From Hyalangium minutum (lineage in GTDB: Bacteria > Myxococcota > Myxococcia > Myxococcales > Myxococcaceae), in NCBI RefSeq assembly GCF_000737315.1, contig NZ_JMCB01000002.1:20001-268000 (forward strand): a DNA stretch of 248,000 nt. The letters run 5' to 3'. The first letter of the stretch is position 1, and every line of letters starts with the position of its first letter. Below, one piece after another: positions 186,726 through 197,182 of the stretch. Below the pieces are notes generated by a model. That model did no database searches, was not told where the DNA came from, and saw nothing but the letters and a program-made list of their open reading frames with translations. The translations under genes and the position numbers were made by a program.

Positions 186726-189700
186726 CTAGCAGTCCTTCTTCCGCCGGATGTGATACTCGGGGAGCGTCTTGGCGTAGTCAAGCATCTCGCGTAGGCCCTT
186801 ATTGTATTTTCCGCCGAAGAGCTTTCTGACATCACGAATGTCTTTATACAAGCGCTCCCTGAAGAGCAGGTCTTTGTCAATCCTCATGGTGGCTTTCCCT
186901 TTGCCCGCGAACGTCCGGGTGAGCGCGTGATCTGCGTCGGTCATTCCCAGAGCGGGACCTTTGCCCCGGGAAAGCTTGATCTGTTCGAGGAATCTGTTCT
187001 GCGGCATGTGGTGTCCCACCTCGCCTGACTTCTTCAGGGCGTCAAGGACCCTAAAAGCCCCGCCTCTGTTGATGATGCCCATCAACCCCAGCGGGTCCAT
187101 CCAACAGAGCGGATCCGAAACGTACGCGTAAAGGTCTAACCCACCTTCAATCCTGATCGGATCCTGGCTGATGTATCGGCCGATGGAAGGGTCGTAGTAG
187201 CGGTGATAGTTATAATAGAGGCCAGTCTCACCATCCTCATACTGGCCTGGCCACCTCCAGGGACAAGTCGTTCGATAGGTCTCTGTACTGGCAACCCCGA
187301 GGATGTCTAGATGAGACCGCCAAGCTAGGCTCCCAGATTCATCATAGAGTTCCGTTGGCGAGCCAAGTTGATCCGTTACGGCCCAATATCGGCCCGAGGA
187401 GTCTTCTTTGCCGAGGAGCGCAAAGCTTTCCGGCTCAAAGAGCCAGGTTGTGATTCCAGAGTTGCTCGATATCTCATGCAGGACGGCATCCTGATCCCAT
187501 ACCCAGTGGGTCGATGATGATGACTTCTCGGGCCCGCTGACTGTCTTTACGAAGCAACGCTTGCTGATGCGCCTTCCGAATGGATCGTAGGTGAAGTGGA
187601 CACGTAGCCCATCGGAGCGTTTTGCTTCTCTCAAGGTGCCAGCGTCATCCCAGCTGTATTGCCAGGCCATGCCGCCGGGGACAGACTTCCTGATGAGATT
187701 GCCATCGGCATCATAAGTACACTGAACTCCGTGGCCACTTGAAAACTGTCCGCCGGGAAGATTGAAACAGGCTCCCTCCGGGGGATTGCGAGCAGTCCCA
187801 GTAGTACTGTGGCGGGTCTGTCCGTCTGGGTAATGAGCACTCGCAAGGCGGCCATGCAGGTCGTACTCGAAGCGTGTCGTGCCACGGGCCAAGTCGTCAA
187901 TATGGTTGAGGGTGGAGTCGCTCCGCCAAGCGAAAGACCGTTGTTCGAGTAGACCCTGGCTTCCATGGGTTCGTTGCTCAAGGGGCTCGCCGAGCGCTCC
188001 CCGAGCCCATCTGACCATGACGTTGCAAGGGAGATTTCTCCCTAGCTCAAGACCTGCTGGATCCCGGCTGAAAGCCACCTCCCAAGAGCGTTCTCGGCTA
188101 CCGTAGTGGAAGGACGCGACATCTCCTAACACGCTGCGCTTGATGAGTTGCTTGGCTCCATGTGAACTGCTCAGTTCAACGCGTTCGCCCATGGTGTCAT
188201 AGCGCGCTTTAATCCACGACTCCCCGCTCCTCTCTTCGATCAGGCGTCCGAGAGCATCGTGTTGAAAGGAGATGTTGACGTGCTCGTTCTGTGCGGCGCT
188301 GATAACACCGTCGGGCCTGTATTTGAATCTACGGAAAGAGTTGTCGGAGTATCTTACATGGGTGGGGCGCCCCATAGGGTCATACTCATACGTACTTGAG
188401 CGCCCGCTGGGGAGTTGCTCGCGTGCGAGGCGGCCCGCGAGGTCGTATGAATAGGTGCGAATGGCCCCATCAAAACCGATCTCGCGGGAAACCAAGCCTC
188501 GAGGGTCGAGTTCGAACACGAGCCGTTCTCCGTGTTCGTTCACCACCGCGACCAAGTTGTCTTCGGTGTCGTACTCGTAGCGGATGCGCCTCCCCGATTG
188601 CTCAACGGAGGCAAGCTTGTGGAAACCGACATACCCCAGATGTACGGTCTCATGAGGATCGGCAATCTCCAGAAGGTAGCCCTCCGGGTTGTATTTCAGA
188701 TCATAGATGGTGCCATTGGTCTCTGCGATGCGGGTTTGCCGCCCAAGAGCATCGTACCCAATAAGTTGCTCGGCTCCTGATGGATCGCGCGCATTGATAA
188801 TACGTCCAAGACGATCATACTTGTAGACCGTCTTGGTGCCATCGGGTGCGGTAATACAGGTGAGATTTTTGTAACTGTCGTACTCGAAAGCTGCGCATTG
188901 TCCCTCCGGACCAGTGACGAGCGCGAGCAACCCCCCGGAGTAGTGATACTCGTAGAGTGCCCCTTGTGGATTCGTCCTTGCTATGAGGTTTCCACGGAGA
189001 TCATGCCTCCAGTTCCATACGCCACCCGTCGTATCAATAGCTCCAGTTAATAGGTTTCTTGAGTCGTATGAAAGAGTGAATGATGAGTCATCAGGTAAGT
189101 GGATTTTGACGCGGTTGCCGCGGGAGTCGTACTCAAAGTGAGTCTCATGACCATGAGGATTGACCGCGAGAGTTTGGCGCAAGAATTGGTCGTACTCGTG
189201 TTTCCATTCCCCGCCTAGGGGATCAATCTCTCTGACAACGAGTCCTTGCCTACAATGATAGGTGGTTGTGTGGCCAAGGGAGTTCGTGACGAGCGTGATC
189301 TCATGTGTCTTGTCATACGCAAGGCTGTGGTCGTATATCCCCCCATCGCCCCAGGTTCGGATGCACCAGGCCTCTGCGGTTTTTCCATCGTACTCAAAGT
189401 GAAAGCTCAAGCCTGAACGATCTGTTTCTCGGGTCAGTAAGTGGTTGCTGTATGTGTAGCGAAAGTGATTGCCGAGCGCGTCAGAGGCCTCGAGCAAGTC
189501 ACCTGCGTCGGAATAGTGGTAATGGTTGTGAAGGACCAACCCCGGTTGGGTAGGATGCGGCAGCCATACTTTTGTAAGCCGGTGGTTATTATCGTGCTCA
189601 AAACGCACGCGCCGATCTACAGAGTCTGTGAGCCACTCTAAGCACCCATGCTCGTCGTACTTGTAAGTGATGAAGTCGCCCTGGCGATTTTGTGATCTCA

Positions 189701-190757
189701 CCACGTGATATCGCCCTTGAGGTACCAACTGACGGAAGTCGTGTACCAACCCGTCATGCGTCTCAATGGACCAACGCGACTCACTCAGGCGTCTCAAGGT
189801 TAAGCGATTGATAGGGTCATGGATTTCAGTGCCTACAGGCATTCTCCCTCGTGGAGCGCCTGTGGCAGGGAACTCGATCTCGCGCCCATCTTCGGAGCGG
189901 TAGACGACCTGTGCATCTTCTTCCCAGACGGCCATGTCAAGAGAGTGGCTCCATCCGTATCCCAGCGTGGAATCTCTCCAGGAGAGACTTGAAGAGTAAT
190001 TGCGTTCGAATTTGAGAGGGAGCGGCCCTGGAATCTCCCAGTCCAAAGCCTCGGTGACCGTTCTACCCGTGGCGACATCCACGGGATGTCCCGTGAAGTT
190101 GCAAATGCGCTTATGGATCCAGTCGCGCGCGCGTTTGCTCAACTTAAGCTTGTCCATCAGCTTGTCGGCCGCCTTGTGGATACGATCTGACAGCTTTTTC
190201 ATCTTGCGGCTGGCTTTTTGTAGTTTGCGCAGCTTTTTGAGCCCTTTGAGAAGTGCTCCCAACGCGAACTGCGTCAGCATTCCCATCAGAGAGATGGTTG
190301 GCGGTCCCCCCACGCGGACAGGCGGTCCGGCGGGGATGGAGAGGACGATGGAAGAGGGCAGCAGGAGTGTTTTCGCAGCCGGGCCACGCTTTCTCGGGGG
190401 AGAGGGCATGCCAATGTCCTGGCAGCTGAGGACCGGCAGCGTCATATTGGTGAAGGCATCCCCATCTACCGCCACCGTGGCGCTGCCCATGAAAGTCTCA
190501 TTCTCATTGGCGGGCGGCTTAGCGAAGACGCCTCCGATGGGGAAGTGTGGTGGGAGTTCGACGCCTCCCGTGCCAGCCTGGGCCCGCGGCAGGAAGTTCA
190601 CGTTCACCGTGGAACCGATGACGGGGATGTAATCGAATGGATCGAACACCATCCCGATGTGTGGATGGGGAATCGGTATCACTGGCCCAGGAGGGGTAAT
190701 GATGAGGTGAATATCCACTCCCAGGATGGGATCCATGTGCTTTGTCGCTGGCATCAT
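186726..190757 (-). CDS. PAAR-like/DUF6531/Rhs protein with C-terminal toxin
   Basis: DPILGVDIH; GHPVDVATG; YD repeats; GQYEDGETGLYYN; DPLGL; GHHMPQ. Confidence 0.92.
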   Translation of the reverse strand: MMPATKHMDPILGVDIHLIITPPGPVIPIPHPHIGMVFDPFDYIPVIGSTVNVNFLPRAQAGTGGVELPPHFPIGGVFAKPPANENETFMGSATVAVDGDAFTNMTLPVLSCQDIGMPSPPRKRGPAAKTLLLPSSIVLSIPAGPPVRVGGPPTISLMGMLTQFALGALLKGLKKLRKLQKASRKMKKLSDRIHKAADKLMDKLKLSKRARDWIHKRICNFTGHPVDVATGRTVTEALDWEIPGPLPLKFERNYSSSLSWRDSTLGYGWSHSLDMAVWEEDAQVVYRSEDGREIEFPATGAPRGRMPVGTEIHDPINRLTLRRLSESRWSIETHDGLVHDFRQLVPQGRYHVVRSQNRQGDFITYKYDEHGCLEWLTDSVDRRVRFEHDNNHRLTKVWLPHPTQPGLVLHNHYHYSDAGDLLEASDALGNHFRYTYSNHLLTRETDRSGLSFHFEYDGKTAEAWCIRTWGDGGIYDHSLAYDKTHEITLVTNSLGHTTTYHCRQGLVVREIDPLGGEWKHEYDQFLRQTLAVNPHGHETHFEYDSRGNRVKIHLPDDSSFTLSYDSRNLLTGAIDTTGGVWNWRHDLRGNLIARTNPQGALYEYHYSGGLLALVTGPEGQCAAFEYDSYKNLTCITAPDGTKTVYKYDRLGRIINARDPSGAEQLIGYDALGRQTRIAETNGTIYDLKYNPEGYLLEIADPHETVHLGYVGFHKLASVEQSGRRIRYEYDTEDNLVAVVNEHGERLVFELDPRGLVSREIGFDGAIRTYSYDLAGRLAREQLPSGRSSTYEYDPMGRPTHVRYSDNSFRRFKYRPDGVISAAQNEHVNISFQHDALGRLIEERSGESWIKARYDTMGERVELSSSHGAKQLIKRSVLGDVASFHYGSRERSWEVAFSRDPAGLELGRNLPCNVMVRWARGALGEPLEQRTHGSQGLLEQRSFAWRSDSTLNHIDDLARGTTRFEYDLHGRLASAHYPDGQTRHSTTGTARNPPEGACFNLPGGQFSSGHGVQCTYDADGNLIRKSVPGGMAWQYSWDDAGTLREAKRSDGLRVHFTYDPFGRRISKRCFVKTVSGPEKSSSSTHWVWDQDAVLHEISSNSGITTWLFEPESFALLGKEDSSGRYWAVTDQLGSPTELYDESGSLAWRSHLDILGVASTETYRTTCPWRWPGQYEDGETGLYYNYHRYYDPSIGRYISQDPIRIEGGLDLYAYVSDPLCWMDPLGLMGIINRGGAFRVLDALKKSGEVGHHMPQNRFLEQIKLSRGKGPALGMTDADHALTRTFAGKGKATMRIDKDLLFRERLYKDIRDVRKLFGGKYNKGLREMLDYAKTLPEYHIRRKKDC

Positions 190758-192052
190758 GAGGCCTGACCTCCCTTGGTGTTCTTTGGCCGCCAATCCTCGC
190801 CAAGTACGGAGGCGATGGAGGATTCCAGTTCGTGCTCGCCAGGGCGGCCGCGACCGAGTCTCAGCAGCGCCTCACCTACGTAGGGGAGTGTCGAGCTGGC
190901 GCGCGCTTCATCATTCATGGAGCTACCAACCTCCCAAGCACGCTGGCTGAGAGCCCAAGCTTGGTCCGGCTCTCGGGCCATTTCCCGGCACCAGCTCGCC
191001 ATTCGCCAGCACTCGAGTTCCATGGGCGGATCCTTGAGCTCATGAGCCAGAGAGGCCGTGCCCTGGTAGAGCGTGGCGGCTTGTGTGTACTGCTCGGTTG
191101 CCACCAGCGCGGCTCCTTGTGCCATGCGCGACTTGAGCCGCAGCGTTGCTCCTTGAGGATTTCCCTGTTCCTCAGCAGCGGCCGCTGCCGTCTCGGCTTG
191201 TTGATAACGGCTCAGCGCTTCCTGGGGCTTTTGGGTTGCGAGGAGTGCACTGCCCATGACGAAGTGAGCTGTCACCACCAGCGGGTGCCAGCCTTGTGAG
191301 TGCGCCAGCTCCACGGCCTGGGCGCCCAGCCGCTCTGTCTTCGCGGTATCTCCCTTCGACGCGGCATGGCTCATGCGGACGAAGAGATCCCTGAACTGCC
191401 CTCCAGGCGTATTCAGCTGACCTGCCTCCTTCGAGAGTTCCTCCAGGGCTCTTCCCATCTCCAGCCGTGCCACCTGGGTGACGACCCTCTCCGGAAGGGC
191501 TTGGGCCAGGGGCTCCAGCGCGAGAGTCCGGGCGTCATCGAGCACCACGATGCGAACGTGAGTGGCCTGGGCGTTTTCGACGGTCTGGCGCAGCCACTTC
191601 AGCCAAGCACCGTCATCCGCGACGTACTTCGGTATTAGTACGGCGACGAGGTGTTCGCACAAGCTTGCGTAGTGCTCTCGCAACGATGCGCATACCATGA
191701 GAAAAGTGTCCGCGTCCGACTGCCCTCCTGAGAGCGTTGGACACTGCCAATTCGCAGGCAAGCCTGCCTCCGCTAGCCCAACTCGGCTCTCTTGCTCCAT
191801 GGAGAGCAGGGCCTCGCGCAGTTCATCCCCGTACTTGGCTGGGTTCAGGAAGGGAATATCGAAGCGCAGGAAGAGGTCTGGGATCTCGCCCGTGCGCTCG
191901 TCACTCTCCGCCGCCAGAAAGGCTTCCACCATCCGCACTTCGCTCGATTCCACCACCCAACGCAGCAGGCGTGCATCAGGTATCTGGGCGAACTCTGTCC
192001 ATTGGTCATGAAGCAGTTCCAGTCGTTTCATGACTGCGTTCTTCTTGCTCAT
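190754..192052 (-). CDS. T6SS-associated hypothetical protein with TPR-like C-terminus
   Basis: Coupled between vgrG and rhs. Confidence 0.6.
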   Translation of the reverse strand: MSKKNAVMKRLELLHDQWTEFAQIPDARLLRWVVESSEVRMVEAFLAAESDERTGEIPDLFLRFDIPFLNPAKYGDELREALLSMEQESRVGLAEAGLPANWQCPTLSGGQSDADTFLMVCASLREHYASLCEHLVAVLIPKYVADDGAWLKWLRQTVENAQATHVRIVVLDDARTLALEPLAQALPERVVTQVARLEMGRALEELSKEAGQLNTPGGQFRDLFVRMSHAASKGDTAKTERLGAQAVELAHSQGWHPLVVTAHFVMGSALLATQKPQEALSRYQQAETAAAAAEEQGNPQGATLRLKSRMAQGAALVATEQYTQAATLYQGTASLAHELKDPPMELECWRMASWCREMAREPDQAWALSQRAWEVGSSMNDEARASSTLPYVGEALLRLGRGRPGEHELESSIASVLGEDWRPKNTKGGQAS

Positions 192053-192080
192053 GGGGGGCTCCGAGGGCTTTCCCACGCGG

Positions 192081-194249
192081 TTATTGACCGCTGTCTGCGG
192101 GGGTAGGTGCCGTGGGCATGGCCTCGGCCGGCTCAGATGGCGCGGTGGGCTTGGCGCCACTCCCGTCCAGCGCCGCCCCCCCGCTGTTGAGGTTCACCAT
192201 CATTCCGGTCACGGATACACCGGTTGCATCAATCGTGATGAAATTGCCCCCTACCTTCAGCGTGAGCCCTGTGTCCGCCTCGAGGACGATCTTGTCCGAC
192301 TTCAGGTGGATCTCGCTATCTGCCTGCAGGGCATGAATCCCGGTAGCCTTCACTTGAAGGTCCGCTCCCAACGTGATGGACCAAGTTCCGTCTATTTTTT
192401 CGTTGCGGTTGCCCACTACCGTCAGATGGCTGTCTGCGCCCACTTTTTCCGTGCGGCTGGCTTTGACAACGACGTCTGCATTGCCAGGCCCATCAATGCC
192501 GCCCACCAGAAGCTTCCAGTCTCCTCCGATATGGTCCTGGCTATTGCGGTGGACCTTCAGGTTTTTGTCCCGGTAGACCATCTCGTTCTGGTCGCCGACC
192601 TTGCCGTTCTTGCTCTCGGAACCGATGGTCTGATGCCGGTCATGGAGGATGTTCTCAAGCGAGTCGTTTTTGACGTGCACGTCCATGTTGCGCTCGGCGT
192701 GCACGAAGAGCTGCTCGGACTTCTTGCGGTCCTCGAAGCGGATTTCGTTGTAGCCATCTCCGCCCTTGGAACTGTTCGATTTGAGCGTGCTCTTGGTCTT
192801 CTGGTCGGGGAGCTTGTATGGCGGAGGATTGTCACCGTTGTACACGCGCCCGGTGATGATCGGTCGGTCCGGATCTCCCTCGATGAAGTCGACAATGACC
192901 TCGTGACCGATTCGCGGAATGTAGATGGCCCCCCAATGCTGACCCGCCCAGGCGTGGCTCACGCGGATCCAGCACGAGCTGTTCTCGTCCTTCTTCCCCT
193001 CGCGATCCCAGTGGAACTGGACTTTGACGCGGCCGTGCTCATCCGTGTGAATCTCCTCGTTCTTTGGACCGACCACGACGGCGGTCTGCACCCCCCGGAC
193101 GATGGGTTTCGGTGTCACTCGAAGAGGCCGGTAGGGTGTCTTCGCCACGATGCAGGAGAAGTGGTTGGAGTAGCTGAAGTCGCCTCCGCCGGATTCCTCG
193201 TCCAACACCTGGGGCTGATAGCCTTGATGCCCCACGCTGGTGATGAGATATCGGGTGTTGAAGTCGCCGCGCGTGTGATCCGCCAGGGTGAACATGAAGC
193301 CTGGCGTGAGGCGCTCGCAGTCGCTCTCGCCGAACCCTGTCTTGCGGACCGTCTGCCACTCCTCGAGCCGGATTTGGGCAATCGTCTCGCCCTTGGCGGT
193401 AGATCCCCGCCCTGGCAACTGGTACTCGCCAGGGTAGTCGTACACCATGAGATCTGGGTCCTTCTCGGCCTGGAACTTGCCCTCGGTGGACAGCGTGGGC
193501 TTCTTGAAATTGAAGTCCCGGAGCATCACCTGGCCAGGCTGGATCTCCTCGCTGAAGCGGAACCGTTGGACGTGGTCCTCCGTGATGACAGTTCCCGAGA
193601 CGCGCCGGAACGGCACGGTCTCCCCCCGCTTGCCGGCAGGGATGGGCTTGCACGCAGCCGCGCTGTCGCCCATGACCAGGACGTGTTTCGCCGCCGAGTG
193701 CTCAAAGAAGTAGAAGATGCCGTCCTCTTCCAGTAACCGGCTGATGAATGCCCAGTCCGACTCCCGATATTGCACACAGTAGTTGCGGGGCTCGTAGGAA
193801 CCGGTCAGTGCAAATTTGAAGCAATCGCTCGGGATGCCCGCCTTCTTGAGTACTTTTGTGATGATCTGCTCGGTGGTCTCGTCCTGGAAGATGCGGTTGT
193901 CATGGCGGTGCTTGAGTTTCCACACCTGAGGAACCACGGTGACCTGGTAGATCGCGTTCCGCGGCAGGTTGTTGACCTGCTCGAAGCGGCTCACGATTCC
194001 ATGGATGAACCGCGGTTGCCCCTCACTCATCAGGCTGAGCAAGGCAGGCTTGCCCATCACGCTCGCAAAGTCGATCGCGGGGTCCTCGCAAGCAACCTCG
194101 AGCTGGAGCTCGAACTGGCTGGAGATGGACTCATGACCAGAGAACCGGATCACGAGCAGCTTCTCAGGGCACCCGGAGATGGCGAATTGAAACAACAAGA
194201 GATTGCCGGTGGTGGTAGATCTTGCGTCCATAGGAAGGGTCCTCTGCAA
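192081..194249 (-). CDS. vgrG: T6SS spike protein VgrG
   Basis: YCVQYRESD; GRVKVQFHW; PRIGHEV; EQLFVHAERNM. Confidence 0.96.
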   Translation of the reverse strand: MQRTLPMDARSTTTGNLLLFQFAISGCPEKLLVIRFSGHESISSQFELQLEVACEDPAIDFASVMGKPALLSLMSEGQPRFIHGIVSRFEQVNNLPRNAIYQVTVVPQVWKLKHRHDNRIFQDETTEQIITKVLKKAGIPSDCFKFALTGSYEPRNYCVQYRESDWAFISRLLEEDGIFYFFEHSAAKHVLVMGDSAAACKPIPAGKRGETVPFRRVSGTVITEDHVQRFRFSEEIQPGQVMLRDFNFKKPTLSTEGKFQAEKDPDLMVYDYPGEYQLPGRGSTAKGETIAQIRLEEWQTVRKTGFGESDCERLTPGFMFTLADHTRGDFNTRYLITSVGHQGYQPQVLDEESGGGDFSYSNHFSCIVAKTPYRPLRVTPKPIVRGVQTAVVVGPKNEEIHTDEHGRVKVQFHWDREGKKDENSSCWIRVSHAWAGQHWGAIYIPRIGHEVIVDFIEGDPDRPIITGRVYNGDNPPPYKLPDQKTKSTLKSNSSKGGDGYNEIRFEDRKKSEQLFVHAERNMDVHVKNDSLENILHDRHQTIGSESKNGKVGDQNEMVYRDKNLKVHRNSQDHIGGDWKLLVGGIDGPGNADVVVKASRTEKVGADSHLTVVGNRNEKIDGTWSITLGADLQVKATGIHALQADSEIHLKSDKIVLEADTGLTLKVGGNFITIDATGVSVTGMMVNLNSGGAALDGSGAKPTAPSEPAEAMPTAPTPADSGQ

Positions 194250-194311
194250 AGGCGAAGCGTGGGTGCAGCGGATAGAGTCAGTGAACGGGACGGGCGTGGG
194301 CTTGGAAGCGC

Positions 194312-195040
194312 TCAGCCACCAAGGACAGGAGAGAGGCGGACGTAGCGGCGGCCTTGGACTTGCTCGAGCATGAATGCAGCGACGTCGGCCCGGGAGATGC
194401 CTTCGGGAACTTCGGCCCAGCCGACGGAGACTTCGTAGTTTCCGCGGGCAGGCTCATCCGTCAGCCACGTGGGCCGGACGAGCACCCACTCCAGGGGCAA
194501 CCCGCGGATGGAGTCCAACTGCTGCTCCCAGGCATTGACGCCGGGCGTTCCAAGGAACGGGGCGAGCAATCTGCCCAACAGCCCTCGGCGAACCCAGCCT
194601 TCCTTTTTCGGCGGAGGAGCCAGGCAGATGAGCCGATAGACCCGGTACTTCTGCATCGCAGCCACGATGTTTTCCGTGGCTTTGAGCAGCGCTTCAGCCC
194701 CCTTGCGCCCTGGGAACCCGAGCGCGGAGAGCACGGCTCTTTGCCCTAGCATGGCCGCATCCACCGCGTCTGGATTCAGCACATCGCCTTCGATGACATG
194801 GAGTTTGGGATGCCTCGCCGGCAGTGCTCTTCGGTCCCGTACGAAGGCTGTGACGGTATGCCCCGCGGACAAGGCCTGATTGACCACGTGGCGCCCCGTT
194901 CGCCCCGAGGCTCCAAAGACGAGCAATGGGACTGGCAACTCCTCGGCTTTCTGTTCACGGGTCGGTCCGTAGGCAACCGTGTTCCCGAGTCCAATGACGG
195001 AGACGGTAAACATGTCGTCTGGCTTGTCCATGGTGAACAC
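194312..195040 (-). CDS. NAD(P)H-binding protein (flavin reductase-like)
   Basis: FGASGRTG; VLVRP; ISRADVA. Confidence 0.85.
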   Translation of the reverse strand: MFTMDKPDDMFTVSVIGLGNTVAYGPTREQKAEELPVPLLVFGASGRTGRHVVNQALSAGHTVTAFVRDRRALPARHPKLHVIEGDVLNPDAVDAAMLGQRAVLSALGFPGRKGAEALLKATENIVAAMQKYRVYRLICLAPPPKKEGWVRRGLLGRLLAPFLGTPGVNAWEQQLDSIRGLPLEWVLVRPTWLTDEPARGNYEVSVGWAEVPEGISRADVAAFMLEQVQGRRYVRLSPVLGG

Positions 195041-195056
195041 TCCTTGTTCATGGGGA

Positions 195057-196088
195057 CTACGGCCGGACTTCCGCTGTCTGCGCGGCAGGAACAGGGGGCA
195101 CGCCCATCGGCTTCGGCTGGAGCGGTGCCTCCAGGGGGGTTGGAGAGGAGGCAGGCGTCCAGAGCTTCGCGCCCGCCAGTAGCTCCGGCTCCATCAGCTT
195201 CACCCACAGCGAGGGGATCGTCCCCACCAGCCGGGCATTCTTCACTGCAAGCACGCGCTGGGCCTGCGCGCGCCGGTACAGCAGCGGCGGCAGCGAGGGC
195301 TCTTGAGGATCCAGGTTGTGCATCACCACCTGCTCGTCGAGCACGATGCCCTCGGGCTTCACGGCCAACGTCGAGGTGAACTCGACCTTGCGCTGCAGGC
195401 CGTTGGGCAGCGTGAGCGTTTCCTCTCGGCTCAAGGGGAACCACGCAGGGCCCAGGCAGGATCCATCCTCGCTGCTCGACACGGCCTCGGCGAAGAAGCG
195501 GCCCTGGCGCAGCGGCAGCACGCGCGCCATGCGGCGGCAAACGGGCGGACCCTCATCCGTGCAGACATCCCCCTCCGCCACCAGCACGGTGATGTCCCCG
195601 GCCTGCTCCAGGCGCAGGCGCGACTGGCGCGGGTAGGCGCGCAAGCTTCCCAGCGCACGGACGACAAAGCCTTGCGAGGTCCGCTCGACCAGCCCGACAG
195701 GCCCCAGTCCCTCTCCATTGTCGAACCGGCGTGCGACGACCCAGACCAACCGGAGGTCGGCGCGCACGGTTTCCAGCACGAGATCCTCCTCGGTGAGCCG
195801 TCCCGGAGGCGGGAGCGCCTTGGGCTCCGGGCCGGACTCGCGGCACTCCGCCGCCTCGGGCTCCCGCCACATGACGGGTACTCCCGAGCAGTCCACGGTG
195901 GGAGAGGGAGCAACACCCTGCTCGCGGCTGAACCCATGCAACAGCAGGGCGAACCAGTCGTCCGGGGTGGGCACGATGCGATCGGACATCGCGGCCTCGG
196001 CGATGCACAGCTTGGGCTGAGGCCGCGTCGAGCAGGCGGCGAAGAGGCTGCAAAGTCCTGCGATGACAAGGATTGGCTTCGTGTTCAT
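195057..196088 (-). CDS. Lipoprotein of unknown function in T6SS locus
   Basis: Lipobox FAAC. Confidence 0.6.
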   Translation of the reverse strand: MNTKPILVIAGLCSLFAACSTRPQPKLCIAEAAMSDRIVPTPDDWFALLLHGFSREQGVAPSPTVDCSGVPVMWREPEAAECRESGPEPKALPPPGRLTEEDLVLETVRADLRLVWVVARRFDNGEGLGPVGLVERTSQGFVVRALGSLRAYPRQSRLRLEQAGDITVLVAEGDVCTDEGPPVCRRMARVLPLRQGRFFAEAVSSSEDGSCLGPAWFPLSREETLTLPNGLQRKVEFTSTLAVKPEGIVLDEQVVMHNLDPQEPSLPPLLYRRAQAQRVLAVKNARLVGTIPSLWVKLMEPELLAGAKLWTPASSPTPLEAPLQPKPMGVPPVPAAQTAEVRP

Positions 196089-196138
196089 GAGGGTCTCAAG
196101 TCTGGAGAGGGGGGATCCAGTCGGCGGGCGTCGAGTGA

Positions 196139-197182
196139 TCATGCAGCCCCCGGAACGGACAGCCGGTTCTGGCGATTCGTGCCCAGCCACGTGTCCCGGC
196201 CGAGCTTCGAGGCCCAGCCGGTAGTGAGGCTGAAGGTATGGGAGAGGCTCTCGGCGAGGATGAGCTCGAAGGTGTATTCGAGCGGATCCCGGACGAAGAG
196301 CGAGACGATCTCGCGCGCGAGCGGGTACAAGTCCCCGTCCGCCATGAGGCGGCGCCAGGCTCGCGGGGAGAGCGGGCCGATTTCCACCTGGAAGCGCCCC
196401 ATGCGGTCGAATGCCCTGCCGCCTAGCAGCATGTTGCGCCCGAGCAGGTTGTTGACCACGCCCAGCTGCGCGCGAGCGTCGATGTCTACCCAGCGGCCCA
196501 CGAACTGCCGGACGGTGACACGTGCACCCTCTAGTTCCTCGGAGAGCACCTCCTGCAAGGCAATCTCCAGCTTTTCGGCTGTGCGGATGCGGCTGACCAA
196601 CAGGGAGGCGATCCGCAAGAGCCGCCAAGGCGGCAGAATCCCAGGCCAGGTTCGCTCGTACGTGTCGAAGCCCGACAGAGCCAGGAGGCGGCGGGACCAC
196701 TGATCGGTGCAGCTCGCCGTCAGCTCGCGGGTAACGCGGTATCGCGATTCGATGCGATACAGGAGTGACAGGAGCCGGTGATGAAACAGGTCCAGGAACT
196801 CCCGCTGTGTCGCGTCATCCGGATCCTCCTGGGCCACCTCCTCAGCCATGAAGAGCGGCAGAGGCGAGGCAGAGCCTGTGAGTCCCAAGAAGGTCGTCGA
196901 GACCTCGAACAGGGGCCGCCGGCTGAACTCATCGTCCTGACGAACGGGCACCTGCCGGAGCACGACCGCACTGACATCGCTCGAAGAGAAACCGAGCGAC
197001 GGATCATGCCGGAAGCGGATGCGCTCCTCGTTCACCGGCCCCAGCTCGCCTACGCGAGCTGCGTCCGAGGTGAGGCGCTCGAGGAACGCCACCAGCGGGA
197101 AGAACCCTGGCCGACGAGGCGCCCGGAGGATGATCTCCGACGCCTCTACAAGGTCAACTGGGAGCCGTTCCGCGGTGGCCAC
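196139..197182 (-). CDS. tssG: T6SS baseplate TssG
   Basis: IRFRHDPSLGF; FLGLTGSASPLP; FHHRL. Confidence 0.93.
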   Translation of the reverse strand: MATAERLPVDLVEASEIILRAPRRPGFFPLVAFLERLTSDAARVGELGPVNEERIRFRHDPSLGFSSSDVSAVVLRQVPVRQDDEFSRRPLFEVSTTFLGLTGSASPLPLFMAEEVAQEDPDDATQREFLDLFHHRLLSLLYRIESRYRVTRELTASCTDQWSRRLLALSGFDTYERTWPGILPPWRLLRIASLLVSRIRTAEKLEIALQEVLSEELEGARVTVRQFVGRWVDIDARAQLGVVNNLLGRNMLLGGRAFDRMGRFQVEIGPLSPRAWRRLMADGDLYPLAREIVSLFVRDPLEYTFELILAESLSHTFSLTTGWASKLGRDTWLGTNRQNRLSVPGAA

